NCBI GenBank assembly: GCA_963845145.1
Contig: CAWJQU010000005.1
Span: 1,024,001 to 1,088,000, forward strand
Length of the DNA: 64,000 bases
Direction: 5' to 3'
DNA from: an uncultured delta proteobacterium
GTDB taxonomy: Bacteria > Desulfobacterota > Desulfobacteria > Desulfobacterales > QNYZ01
Position 1 is the stretch's first letter. Each line of letters starts with the position of its first letter. A program made the translations under genes and the position numbers. Positions 1 through 9,833 of the stretch are shown one piece after another. The notes below the pieces were generated by a model. The model was given only the letters and a program-made list of their open reading frames with translations, was not told the DNA's origin and ran no database searches.

Positions 1-1
1 A

Positions 2-1556
2 ATGGGTGTGATGGAGGAGAAGATCAACGATCTTAAGAAGCGCGAGGCAAAAATCCGGCAAATGGGTGGGGAGAAAGCCGTTGCCAAACAAGAGAAAACG
101 GGAAAGCTAACCGCCCGGCAGCGGATCGGAAAGCTTTTTGACAAAGGAACCTTTCGGGAACTGGACATGTTTGTCACCCATCGCTGCGTCAATTTTGGTA
201 TGGATGCGGTGGACATTCCCGCTGATGGCGTCGTGACCGGCCATGGCCTGGTGGATGGCCGTCCGGTTTTTGCCTTTGCCCAAGATTTTACCGCCCGGGC
301 CGGCAGTTTGGGTGAGATGCATGCCAAGAAGATCTGCAAGGTCATGGATATGGCCCAAAAATCCGGTGTGCCCTTCGTTGGATTAAACGATTCGGGTGGC
401 GCCCGTATTCAGGAAGGCGTGGATGCGTTGTCCGGATATGGCGAGATTTTTTTCCGCAACTCCTGTGCTTCGGGCGTGATTCCTCAGATTTCCGCCATCA
501 TGGGACCAACAGCGGGCGGTGCCGTTTACTCCCCGGCCATGACCGATTTTGTGTTCATGGTTAAAAACAGCGGGTACATGTTCATTACCGGCCCCAATGT
601 GATTAAGGCGGTCACCGGTGAAGAGATCACCTTCGAGGCTCTGGGCGGCGCGATGACGCATAATGAAAAGAGCGGCGTGGCCCATTTTGCCTGCGATAGT
701 GACGAAGACGCGTTGAATCAAATTCGGGAATTGCTCTCCTACCTGCCATCCAATAATATGGAAGACCCACCGATTATTGATACCGGTGATAATCCCCGGC
801 GCTCCGATCCGGCCTTGAATAGCATTATTCCCGATAACCCGAGCCAGTCTTATGACATGATGGCGGTGGTTCGATCCATTGTTGATAATGGCCAGGTTTT
901 CGAGCCACATCAGTATTATGCGAAAAATATTCTCGTTTGCTTTGCCCGCCTGAACGGCCGTACCATCGGTATTATCGCCAATCAACCCAAGGTGCTGGCC
1001 GGATGCCTAGACATCGACGCTTCGGACAAAGCGACCCGGTTTATTCGGTTTTGCGATGCGTTTAATATCCCTCTACTGACCATCGCCGATGTTCCCGGCT
1101 ATCTGCCGGGCAGCCAGCAGGAGTGGGGCGGTATCATTCGACACGGGGCCAAATTATTGTGGTGCTATTCCGAAGCGACGGTGCCCAAATTATTGTTGAT
1201 CACCCGTAAAAATTATGGGGGTTCTTATATCGCCATGTGTTCCAAACATCTTGGCGCCGATTATGCCCTGGCGTGGCCGGGAGCCGAAATCGCCGTGATG
1301 GGTGCTGCAGGGCGCGGCCAATATCATACATCGCCGGGAAATCGAACAGGCCGAGGATCCCAAGGCCAAGCGCACAGAGAAAATCGAGGAATATGAAGAC
1401 CTGTTTTCCAACCCTTATTGTGCTGCTGCCCGGGGTTATGTGGATGCGGTGATCGAACCGGCCGAAACCCGGCCGCGACTCATCGACGCGCTTGAGGTCT
1501 TGTGTAGCAAGCGGGAGCTCCGGCCGCCTAAAAAGCACGGTAATATCCCCATGTAG
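2..1556 (+). CDS. Acyl-CoA carboxyltransferase subunit (methylmalonyl-CoA carboxyltransferase 12S / PCC beta family), +1 frameshift near 1310
   Basis: Motifs GGARIQEG, GGAVYSPA, DVPGYLPG. ORF 2..1396 runs out of family sequence after 'IAVMGAAG'; ORF 1302..1556 supplies the C-terminus 'PPKKHGNIPM'. One extra G in gcagggcgcg explains the shift. Confidence 0.9.
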
Positions 1557-1598
1557 CTACCCCTTTAAAAGCCAAATAAATCTAAAAAGGTGTCATTT

Positions 1599-1808
1599 AT
1601 GGATGCAAATGAAAAAAGATTGGCCGCCGCCCTGGCTGCGGTTACGACTTATATCCAGAGCGAGGAGGAAGTGTTGGTCATGCCACCGCCCAAGCGCCCG
1701 GAGCCTCGCCGCTTCGACCAGGGCAACCAGTGGGCCCTTGCCGGACGGCAGGGCATGATGCAGATGCGCAATCTCATGCAGATGAAAACCTTCAACCGCC
1801 TGAGATAG
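1599..1808 (+). CDS. Small accessory subunit of the biotin-dependent carboxylase/transcarboxylase (epsilon-like)
   Basis: 69 aa, 'AAALAAVTTY...NQWALAGR' pattern, between two carboxylase subunits, purine-rich RBS upstream of ATG 1599. Confidence 0.6.
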   Translation: MDANEKRLAAALAAVTTYIQSEEEVLVMPPPKRPEPRRFDQGNQWALAGRQGMMQMRNLMQMKTFNRLR

Positions 1809-1856
1809 AACAATACGAGCCATTATACATCCAATTTTTAAGAGGAGACCCATACA

Positions 1857-3884
1857 ATGAGTGATCACGATCAAGTGAAAATGACCGACATGAACTATGA
1901 TGTAAACCGGCCCAAGGCGGAAAACCCCTTGAAGGTTATGGATTTGAGCCTGCGTGATGGCCACCAGAGTCTGTTTGCCACCCGCGGACGTACCGAAGAC
2001 ATGATCCCGGTAGCAGAACTAATGGACCAGGTGGGCTTCTGGGCCGTGGAGACCTGGGGCGGTGCCACCTTTGACACCATGCACCGCTTTCTCAACGAAG
2101 ACCCGTGGGAGCGGATTCGCACACTGAAACGCTACTTCAAGAAAACCCCATTCTCCATGCTGTTGCGGGCCCAGAATCTGGTTGGATACCGTAACTACGC
2201 CGATGACGTGGCCAACGCGTTCATGGACCGCGCCTGCGAAAACGGCATGGATATTTTTCGGACCTTCGATGCCCTCAACGACTACCGTAATTTCCAAACG
2301 GTGGTCCCCAAGATCAAGGAGTACGGAAAGCATTTCCAGGGCTGCATCTGCTATACCATGACCGAACCACGTCTGGGCGGCGATGTGTACAACCTGGATT
2401 ACTACGTCAACAAAGCCAAGGATCTGGAGGCCATGGGTGCCGACAGTATCTGCATTAAGGACATGGCCGGCCTCATCGCCCCCTACGACGCTTACCAAAT
2501 CATCAAAGCGCTAAAAGATGAGGTTAAAGCGCCCATCCACCTGCATAGCCACTTTACCTCCGGTATGTCTCCCATGAGCCATCTCAAGGCCATCGAAGCG
2601 GGCGTAGATATTATCGACACCTGCATGTCTCCTTACGCCTACCGCACATCGCATGCCGCCATCGAACCGTTGGTGATGGCCCTGCTGGGAACCAATCGTG
2701 ACACTGGCTTTGACATCAAGTTGATGGCCCGAATCAATGAAATATTCGAAAAAAAGGTCATGCCCAAGTACAAACACTTGCTGGACGACTCCAAGATGTC
2801 CATCATCGACATCAATGTACTTCTACACCAGACTCCGGGCGGCATGCTCTCTAATCTGGTCAACCAGCTACGCGATATGGATGCTCTGGACAAGATCGAC
2901 GAAGTCTACAAGGAGCTGCCCAAAGTTCGTAAAGATTTAGGCCAGATTCCCCTGGTGACTCCCACAAGCCAGATCGTGGGAATCCAGACGGTCAACAACG
3001 TGCTTTTCGACACCCCGGAAGAGCGCTACAAGATGATCACCGGGCAGGTAAAGGATCTATGCTACGGTCTCTATGGCAAGACCGCCGTACCGATAAACGA
3101 AGAGGTTCAGAAGAAAGCCCTCACGGGCTACGATCGCGGTGAGGAGCCCATCACCTGCCGGCCTGCTGAGGTACTGGAACCCGAAATGGAAAAAGCCAAG
3201 AAAGAGATCGGCGACCTGGCCGTGGACCTGGATGACTTGGTGCTCTACGCTATCTACCCCGTCACTGGTAAGAAATTCCTAAAGTGGAAGTACGGCAAGG
3301 AAGAGCCGCCCGCAGAAGTCAGACCCATCACCATGGATGAAGTGAAAAAAAAGGACGAACTGATCAAAAAAGCCAAGGCCGGAGAGCTAGTAGAGAAAAA
3401 GCTGGATGCGCCGGCTAAAAGCGACAATGCTCGCACCTTTAACGTTTTTGTGGACAATGAGTACTTTAAAGTGGGCGTTGACGAAGTCGGCGGCAGCCCT
3501 ATCTTGCAGTACGCCCAACAGGTCCAGCTTTCCGGCGGAATGCCGGCCGCCACACCTGCGATGCCGGCGGCACTGGCCGCGCCTGTACAGACGGCTCCGA
3601 CAGCTGCTCCGGCCGCCGCACCCGAGAAAAAAGCGGCACCCGCGCCGACTGCTGAACCAGCAGCTGCCGAAGGCACACCCATGACCGCACCTATGCCCGG
3701 TATGATCGTCAACTATGAAAAAAAGGTAGGGGATGCGGTGACCGAGGGCGAAACCGTCGTGATTCTGGAAGCCATGAAAATGGAGAATGCCCTGCCGGCA
3801 CCCTGCTCAGGAACCATCAAGGCCATCAATTATAATAGTGGTGACTCGGTGGCGAAGAGTGATGTGCTCTGCGTGATCGGGTAG
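1857..3884 (+). CDS. Pyruvate carboxyltransferase (PycB/OadA/5S-type) fused to a biotinyl carrier domain
   Basis: LRDGHQSL, WGGATFD, CIKDMAG, HLHSH motifs; Ala/Pro linker; EAMKM biotinylation motif. Confidence 0.92.
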   Translation: MSDHDQVKMTDMNYDVNRPKAENPLKVMDLSLRDGHQSLFATRGRTEDMIPVAELMDQVGFWAVETWGGATFDTMHRFLNEDPWERIRTLKRYFKKTPFSMLLRAQNLVGYRNYADDVANAFMDRACENGMDIFRTFDALNDYRNFQTVVPKIKEYGKHFQGCICYTMTEPRLGGDVYNLDYYVNKAKDLEAMGADSICIKDMAGLIAPYDAYQIIKALKDEVKAPIHLHSHFTSGMSPMSHLKAIEAGVDIIDTCMSPYAYRTSHAAIEPLVMALLGTNRDTGFDIKLMARINEIFEKKVMPKYKHLLDDSKMSIIDINVLLHQTPGGMLSNLVNQLRDMDALDKIDEVYKELPKVRKDLGQIPLVTPTSQIVGIQTVNNVLFDTPEERYKMITGQVKDLCYGLYGKTAVPINEEVQKKALTGYDRGEEPITCRPAEVLEPEMEKAKKEIGDLAVDLDDLVLYAIYPVTGKKFLKWKYGKEEPPAEVRPITMDEVKKKDELIKKAKAGELVEKKLDAPAKSDNARTFNVFVDNEYFKVGVDEVGGSPILQYAQQVQLSGGMPAATPAMPAALAAPVQTAPTAAPAAAPEKKAAPAPTAEPAAAEGTPMTAPMPGMIVNYEKKVGDAVTEGETVVILEAMKMENALPAPCSGTIKAINYNSGDSVAKSDVLCVIG

Positions 3885-3924
3885 CTTGCCGATGTATCGC
3901 CGGCCGTAAAAAAATAGAACGGCG

Positions 3925-3964
3925 AAAGCGCAGAGAAGTTTTATCAAAACTTCTTTGCGCTTTT
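3925..3964 (+). terminator. Intrinsic terminator-like hairpin
   Basis: aaagcgcagagaagtttt-atc-aaaacttctttgcgctttt inverted repeat ending in a T run after the carboxylase gene. Confidence 0.7.
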
Positions 3965-4052
3965 GGTTTGAATGACGAGATTATAGGGTGTGGGCGAAAA
4001 AATTCCCGGCCATTCATCTTATGATCCGTCGTCTTTGATTAAAGGAGGCTCA

Positions 4053-5214
4053 ATGAAAATCCATGAATATCAAGCCAAGGAGCTGTTTCGCCAATACAAT
4101 ATCCCCATACCTGACGGAGAAGTGGCATTTTCCGCTCTTGATGCGATTGGCGTGGCGGATAAACTGGACGGTTACCCGGTCGTCGTAAAAGCACAAATTC
4201 ATGCCGGAGGGCGGGGTAAGGGGGGCGGGGTCAAGCTGGCCGACAGTGAAGATGCCGTGTCCACGATTGCCAGCGAAATTATCGGCATGACATTGGTCAC
4301 ACCCCAGACCGGTGCCAAGGGACAGTTGGTCAAAAAGGTGTTGGTGGAGCAGGGGCTGGATATTGAAAAAGAGCTATATCTTAGCCTGATTCCCGACCGA
4401 ACCACGGCCAAAATCGTCATTATGGCGAGTATGGCCGGGGGAATGGATATCGAAGAGGTTGCTGCCAAATCGCCTGAAAAGATCATTCGTACGGCCATTA
4501 ATCCCCAGGGTGGGATTCAGCCGTATCATTGTCGGGAGGTCGGCTTTGGGCTTAAACTGTCTCCAATGCTAATAAAGCAGTTGACGCCTGTGCTTGGCGG
4601 CCTTTACCGACTTTTCGTGGACTATGACTGTTCGCTGCTTGAGATCAACCCGCTGGTGATTACGTCCGATCAAAAACTTACTAGCTCTGGATGCCAAGAT
4701 CAATTTTGACGATAATGCGCTATATCGGCATAAGGATATCCTTAACTATCGTGATCTGGACGAGGAAGATCCCCAGGAAATCGAGGCCGCAAAATATAAC
4801 CTCAACTACATTAAGCTTGATGGAAATATCGGTAACATGGTCAACGGTGCCGGGTTGGCCATGGCAACGATGGATATTATCCAACTGGCCGGAGCCGAGC
4901 CGGCCAATTTTTTGGATGTTGGGGGCGGTGCGAGTGCCGAGATGGTTGAAAACGGGTTTAAGATCATTCTGGCCGACGAAAATGTCAAAGGCATTCTTAT
5001 CAATATTTTTGGCGGTATTTTACGCTGCGACGTTCTGGCGGAAGGTGTGGTGGAAGCAGCTAAAAACACCGAAATCAAGGTACCCGTCGTGGTGCGTATG
5101 GAAGGGACCAATGTAGAGAAGGGGCGGAAAATCCTGGAAGATTCCGGGTTGAACTTGACGACGGCCGTGGACTTGAAAGATGCCGCACAAAAGGTGGCCG
5201 ATCTGGTCCGATAG
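4053..5214 (+). CDS. sucC: Succinyl-CoA synthetase beta subunit, +1 frameshift near 4680
   Basis: MKIHEYQAK start after [26 protein letters not shown]; second frame gives ALDAKI...[31 protein letters not shown]. Confidence 0.93.
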
Positions 5215-5258
5215 TCGTAAGGCGCCATATTTTGAGGAAACAGAGAAAAGGAACGGTT

Positions 5259-6128
5259 ATGAGTATATTTGTCGATAAGACCACACGCGTTCTCGTTCAG
5301 GGGATTACCGGTCGGGAGGGGCAATTTCACACCCGGCAATGTATCGCGTACGGTACCCAAATTGTGGGTGGCGTAACGCCTGGTAAGGGGGGACAAAAAA
5401 TGGACGATGTGCCGGTGTTCAATACGGTTAAGGAGGCCGTAGAATTTACCGGCGCCGATTGCAGCCTGATATTCGTTCCGCCCCCGTTTGCCGCCGATGC
5501 TATCATGGAGGCCGCCGATGCTGACGTCGATTTGATTGTGGCCATTACGGAAGGCATTCCCGTCCTGGACATGATGCGGGTGAAAAATTATCTGGCCACC
5601 CGTTCCAGTCGGTTAATTGGCCCGAATTGTCCCGGAATCATCACCCCCGGTGAATGCAAGGTGGGCATTATGCCGGGCCCGACACATAAACCCGGGGGAC
5701 CCATCGGGGTCGTGTCTCGCTCCGGAACCCTCACTTACGAGGTTGTTCATCAACTGACGAGCCAAGGTATCGGCCAGACCACGTGTATTGGGATTGGCGG
5801 AGATCCGGTTAATGGGACGAACTTCATCGACTGCCTGGAGGCATTTCAGGCGGACCCCAACACGACCGGCATCGTTATGGTCGGCGAAATCGGCGGATCC
5901 GCCGAAGAAGAGGCCGCCGACTTTATTACCCAACAGGTCACCAAGCCGGTTGTTGGCTTTATCGCCGGACTCACCGCGCCTCCGGGACGCCGGATGGGCC
6001 ACGCCGGTGCCATCGTCAGTGGCGGCAGTGGCACAGCCCAGGGTAAAATCGATGCCATGAAATCAGCCGGGATTCATGTGTGCGAGAATTTAGGGCGGTT
6101 AGGTGAATTGTGCGCAGAGGTGTTTTAA
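5259..6128 (+). CDS. sucD: Succinyl-CoA synthetase alpha subunit
   Basis: [34 protein letters not shown] (phospho-His). Confidence 0.96.
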   Translation: MSIFVDKTTRVLVQGITGREGQFHTRQCIAYGTQIVGGVTPGKGGQKMDDVPVFNTVKEAVEFTGADCSLIFVPPPFAADAIMEAADADVDLIVAITEGIPVLDMMRVKNYLATRSSRLIGPNCPGIITPGECKVGIMPGPTHKPGGPIGVVSRSGTLTYEVVHQLTSQGIGQTTCIGIGGDPVNGTNFIDCLEAFQADPNTTGIVMVGEIGGSAEEEAADFITQQVTKPVVGFIAGLTAPPGRRMGHAGAIVSGGSGTAQGKIDAMKSAGIHVCENLGRLGELCAEVF

Positions 6129-6130
6129 TC

Positions 6131-6224
6131 GGTTATCCCGTTTGCCGGTTTGTCCGTTTACCCGTTTACTTTTAAGTTGAACGGGTTACCCGGCTAACCG
6201 GCCAACGGGCCAACGGGCCAACGG
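6131..6224. repeat. Palindromic array of degenerate 8-bp units
   Basis: ccgtttg/ccggtttg/tccgttta/cccgttta followed by aacgggtt/aaccggcc/aacgggcc/aacgggcc/aacgg in the sucD-hypA gap. Confidence 0.65.
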
Positions 6225-6233
6225 AAAAAAACC

Positions 6234-6593
6234 ATGCATGAAATGGGAATTGCCCTGGAGGTCATAAAGATTGCGGAGGCCTCCATCCCCGCGGATATGG
6301 TCGGTGCGCGTGTGGCGCGGGTGAACCTGATGGTCGGAAAATTAGCGGCGGTCGTACCGGATAGCTTGCGATTCTGCTTTGATGTGGCCGGCAAAGATAC
6401 GGCGTTGGCCGGGGCTGAATTGTGTATTGAGGAAATCCCGGTCCGCGTTCGCTGTGAAACGTGTCGCGAAGAGTGGGTGGTGGAAAACCCAGTGTTTCGA
6501 TGCAAAAAATGCGATAGTGGCGCCGTTAAAATAGTCACCGGGCGGGAGCTCGATATCCGCTCCATAGAAGTTGAGGAAAACAACAGCCAATGA
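6234..6593 (+). CDS. hypA: Hydrogenase nickel metallochaperone HypA
   Basis: MHE N-terminus, two CxxC motifs, GREL C-terminal motif. Confidence 0.95.
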   Translation: MHEMGIALEVIKIAEASIPADMVGARVARVNLMVGKLAAVVPDSLRFCFDVAGKDTALAGAELCIEEIPVRVRCETCREEWVVENPVFRCKKCDSGAVKIVTGRELDIRSIEVEENNSQ

Positions 6594-7357
6594 ATGACTT
6601 GCCGGGTTATACAATGTTAACCTGCCGCCACCGGGGGCATGGAACCCATGATCATCCCCATCATGGGGGTGGGTTAAATGAAAAGGCGAACGAGCGACAT
6701 GAGATCGAAGTCGGCCGTCGGGTACTGGATGCGAACGAGCAGGTGGCCGCAACCAACCGGGAACTCTTCTCCGAACATGGTGTATTGGTTTTAAACGTGA
6801 TGAGTTCACCGGGGTCGGGAAAAACCACGACCTTGGTCAAGACGATTGAACACTTGCAGGCGCAGCGTATCTCCAGCGCCGTTGTTGTGGGTGACATCTG
6901 TACCCACAACGATGCCGATCGTCTGGCCGCCACCGGGGTTCCCTCGATTCAGATCAATACGGAACCATTCGGGGGGGATTGCCATTTAACGGCCCAAGGC
7001 GTGTTGAAGGCTATCGATAGTATCGATCTGGCAACCATCGATTTATTGATTGTCGAAAATGTGGGCAACCTGGTTTGTCCGGCGGAATTCGATATTGGCG
7101 AACATGCCCGGGTCGTGATCTTGAGTGTTACCGAAGGAGAGGACAAACCCCTTAAATACCCGTTGATGTTTCGTCAGTGCGATGTGGCCCTTTTGAACAA
7201 GATCGATCTATTGCCCTATCTCAATTTCGATGCCGCGCTTGCCACGGCCAATATTCACCAGATCCATCCGGAAATGCCGGTGTTGCCTCTATCGGCCCAA
7301 TCCGGCGACGGTTTTGAGCCATGGATTGAGTGGATTCGGGGTATGGTTCAAAAATAG
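6590..7357 (+). CDS. hypB: Hydrogenase nickel incorporation GTPase HypB
   Basis: His-rich N-terminus, SSPGSGKT, CHL, ENVGNLVCPAEFD, EGEDKPLKYP, NKIDL. Confidence 0.95.
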   Translation: MNDLPGYTMLTCRHRGHGTHDHPHHGGGLNEKANERHEIEVGRRVLDANEQVAATNRELFSEHGVLVLNVMSSPGSGKTTTLVKTIEHLQAQRISSAVVVGDICTHNDADRLAATGVPSIQINTEPFGGDCHLTAQGVLKAIDSIDLATIDLLIVENVGNLVCPAEFDIGEHARVVILSVTEGEDKPLKYPLMFRQCDVALLNKIDLLPYLNFDAALATANIHQIHPEMPVLPLSAQSGDGFEPWIEWIRGMVQK

Positions 7358-7384
7358 TGCGCGGCATGTTCTTCAAAAAAAAGA

Positions 7385-7416
7385 CAAAAGCCCGATGCTT
7401 GAGCATCGGGCTTTTG
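7385..7416. terminator. Bidirectional terminator between hypB and the tRNA genes
   Basis: caaaagcccgatgct-tg-agcatcgggcttttg perfect inverted repeat with A/T tails. Confidence 0.85.
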
Positions 7417-7423
7417 CTGTTTG

Positions 7424-7516
7424 TGGCGGAGAGAGAGGGATTCGAACCCTCGGTGGAACTTTCGCCCCACACTCGCTTAGCAGGCGAGCGCCTTCAGCCA
7501 GCTCGGCCATCTCTCC
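7424..7516 (-). tRNA. tRNA-Ser(GCT)
   Basis: Reverse complement GGAGAGATGGCCGAG...CTCGC-CT-GCT-AA-GCGAG...GGTTCGAATCC...CCGCCA; long variable arm; encoded CCA. Confidence 0.95.
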
Positions 7517-7548
7517 GTATTGAGAACACAATTTTTGGTTTTAGTTTG

Positions 7549-7636
7549 TGGCGGAGGGAGTAGGATTCGAACCCACGTCCCGTTTCCGGGAAACGGTTTT
7601 CAAGACCGCCGCTTTCGACCGCTCAGCCATCCCTCC
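7549..7636 (-). tRNA. tRNA-Ser(TGA)
   Basis: Reverse complement GGAGGGATGGCTGAG...GCGGT-CT-TGA-AA-ACCGT...GGTTCGAATCC...CCGCCA; long variable arm. Confidence 0.95.
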
Positions 7637-7834
7637 ATAGCGTGAAAAAAATAGCATCTGAAAGGGTATTGGTCAATACTTAAAGAATGCATGTTTTATG
7701 GATGACGGCAATTTTAAGTGATTTATGAAACGTTTGAAATAAGTCACTTTAAAACCGATTTGTGCTTGACTTGATAGCAATAAATTGTATTTTACACAAA
7801 GAAGACGGCCATAAAATTGACGGGGAGACGGCAG

Positions 7835-8311
7835 ATGAAACAAAAGTTTACAATCATTAAGAATGAAGAACAAAAAAACCTGGTAATCCATGAGTTTGCA
7901 GAGTTAGATAAAGACATCCTTTCGCTGCTATGTGAAGAGACCTACGATGCCGAGAGGATCATTGACGCGATTTCCATTGACAAGGAGGCCCTTATCAAGG
8001 TTCTGCGCACCAAGAATATGTATCCGCCCAGTGCCTATATGAATCAGATCGTGGAGGCGGTAATATCCCTTTACGAAGCGTCCGGAAGCGCGTCGAAAGA
8101 TTTGATGCTAAATGATATGGATCTCTTGCGGCCTGCCGAAGCACAACCGATTCCTGTGATCGAGGAAGCGTTGGAAGACGATGGCGATATTGATGATCTT
8201 CTGGACGATGACGAGGTTGACGATGAGCTGGATGGAAAACTGGAATTAACGAAACTGAAATCATCGTTGAAAATCGCCGATGATGAGCCCGAAGTGGATG
8301 ACGACGATTGA
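7835..8311 (+). CDS. Hypothetical protein with a highly acidic C-terminus
   Basis: GGGGAG RBS before ATG 7835; Asp/Glu-rich tail; no recognised motif. Confidence 0.7.
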   Translation: MKQKFTIIKNEEQKNLVIHEFAELDKDILSLLCEETYDAERIIDAISIDKEALIKVLRTKNMYPPSAYMNQIVEAVISLYEASGSASKDLMLNDMDLLRPAEAQPIPVIEEALEDDGDIDDLLDDDEVDDELDGKLELTKLKSSLKIADDEPEVDDDD

Positions 8312-8338
8312 TCCCCAGACGATGGTAAGGAGCCCAAA

Positions 8339-8848
8339 ATGTTAGAAAAGAAAATTGAACTGGCGCTAAACGAACAGATCAACGCCGAATTCTACTCCTC
8401 TTATTTATACCTGGCCATGGCCTTGTATTGCGACGCCGCGGATCTACCCGGGTGTGCCCAATGGCTTGTAGCCCAAAGCAAGGAAGAGTACGGACATGCT
8501 GAACGATTAATCAAGTTTGTTCAGGATCGCGATGGCGAAGTAGCCTTGGGAAAGATTGATCAACCCCAGGGTACATTTAAATCCGTGCAAGATGTGTTTG
8601 CCACGGTCCTCGCGCATGAACAGGCGGTATCGAAACGGATTCACAAGATTTATGCGCTGGCCGTCAAAGAAAAGGACTATGCCAGTCAGGTGGAAATGCA
8701 ATGGTATGTTAAGGAACAAGTGGAAGAAGAAAAAACGGCTCAGGATATCGTTAAACAGTTAAAACGTGTTGGTTCCGAGGGAACCGCGCTTTTTATGCTT
8801 GATCAGCAAATGGGCCAACGTCAGGCCGAGGCTGCCATTTCCATATAG
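8339..8848 (+). CDS. ftnA: Non-heme ferritin
   Basis: LNEQINAEFYSSYLY, EEYGHA, HEQ, EQVEEE ferroxidase-centre motifs. Confidence 0.9.
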   Translation: MLEKKIELALNEQINAEFYSSYLYLAMALYCDAADLPGCAQWLVAQSKEEYGHAERLIKFVQDRDGEVALGKIDQPQGTFKSVQDVFATVLAHEQAVSKRIHKIYALAVKEKDYASQVEMQWYVKEQVEEEKTAQDIVKQLKRVGSEGTALFMLDQQMGQRQAEAAISI

Positions 8849-8865
8849 ACTCCCATGGCATACAT

Positions 8866-8894
8866 ATCCGGAGAGCAGTGCAGACTCTCCGGAT
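8866..8894. terminator. Hairpin between convergent ferritin and mntP
   Basis: atccggagag...ctctccggat inverted repeat; no strong T tail. Confidence 0.45.
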
Positions 8895-8968
8895 TCATTC
8901 AACTATCAGGGGTCGTTTATCCTTTCCCATGAATCCAACTTACATCCTGCCCAGGCCAACGCAATTCT

Positions 8969-9553
8969 TTAAATACCGAAAATGGCAAGGGCACCATGTT
9001 CCCCAAGAATTCGAAAACCGATGAGAAAAAGAACGACGGCCCCGGCCATCTCGGCGTATTTTTTTACCCATGCGATGCGCACTGCCCTGGCACCGATCAT
9101 CATGCCGGCGGCCGTGAATATAGCTGCGGTGCCTCCCACTATCAGGGCCGGCAGCCAGATGGATATGTTGATAAGGGACAGGCTTAAACCCACTGCCAAC
9201 GCATCCAGACTTGTCGCCAACGATAGCATAACCATAAGTGACCCCCGCGTGGGATCTCTTCGCAGGCATTCATCATCATTGGCTTTCAGGGTATTGCGAA
9301 TCATGCTGCAACCCACAAAAGCCAACAATCCAAATGCTATCCAATGATCGTATTGTTCAATGGTTTCGCGTATGGTTAGACCGACACCCCACCCGATAAT
9401 CAACATCATGGCCTGAAACAGGCCGAAATGCCACCATAGGCGGAACATTTGACGGCGGGTCAGCGTTTCCAGGCAAATGCCGGCAGCAATGGATACGGCG
9501 AAAGCATCCATGGCCAAGGCTATGGCGATTCCGGTGGTACTGACTATATTCAT
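8969..9553 (-). CDS. mntP: Manganese efflux pump MntP family
   Basis: ALAMDAFAVS, FGLFQ, DHWIAFGLL, ATSLDALAVG motifs. Confidence 0.9.
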   Translation of the reverse strand: MNIVSTTGIAIALAMDAFAVSIAAGICLETLTRRQMFRLWWHFGLFQAMMLIIGWGVGLTIRETIEQYDHWIAFGLLAFVGCSMIRNTLKANDDECLRRDPTRGSLMVMLSLATSLDALAVGLSLSLINISIWLPALIVGGTAAIFTAAGMMIGARAVRIAWVKKYAEMAGAVVLFLIGFRILGEHGALAIFGI

Positions 9554-9570
9554 TGGTTATGTGGCGGGTA

Positions 9571-9786
9571 TCACTCTTTTAAACGGCATTCCGCATCCCA
9601 CTCGGGACAGGCTTCTTCCATCGGCGTTTCGTATTGCATCATGCACTCCCCGCACTCCATCTCTACATTGGGGACATCGCCAAATTTTTCCTTGATTTCC
9701 TCAGGGGAGAGGTGGTTTACGGCACTACAGCCGCATTGGGGGCAAGAGGTATTGATTTGAAATCTTTTTTTTCGTTCTGTTGCCAT
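9571..9786 (-). CDS. Small Cys-rich protein (zinc-ribbon-like)
   Basis: 71 aa; CPQCGC, CGEC, CPEWDAEC; AAGGAG RBS upstream. Confidence 0.7.
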   Translation of the reverse strand: MATERKKRFQINTSCPQCGCSAVNHLSPEEIKEKFGDVPNVEMECGECMMQYETPMEEACPEWDAECRLKE

Positions 9787-9833
9787 GTTTGGCTCCTTTT
9801 CAATGGGTTTGCAGTTTATATCATCCAATCGAT

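Noticed and set aside
7424..7636. tRNA-Ser genes as island integration sites
   Set aside because: No duplicated tRNA 3' end and no integrase were found in the window.
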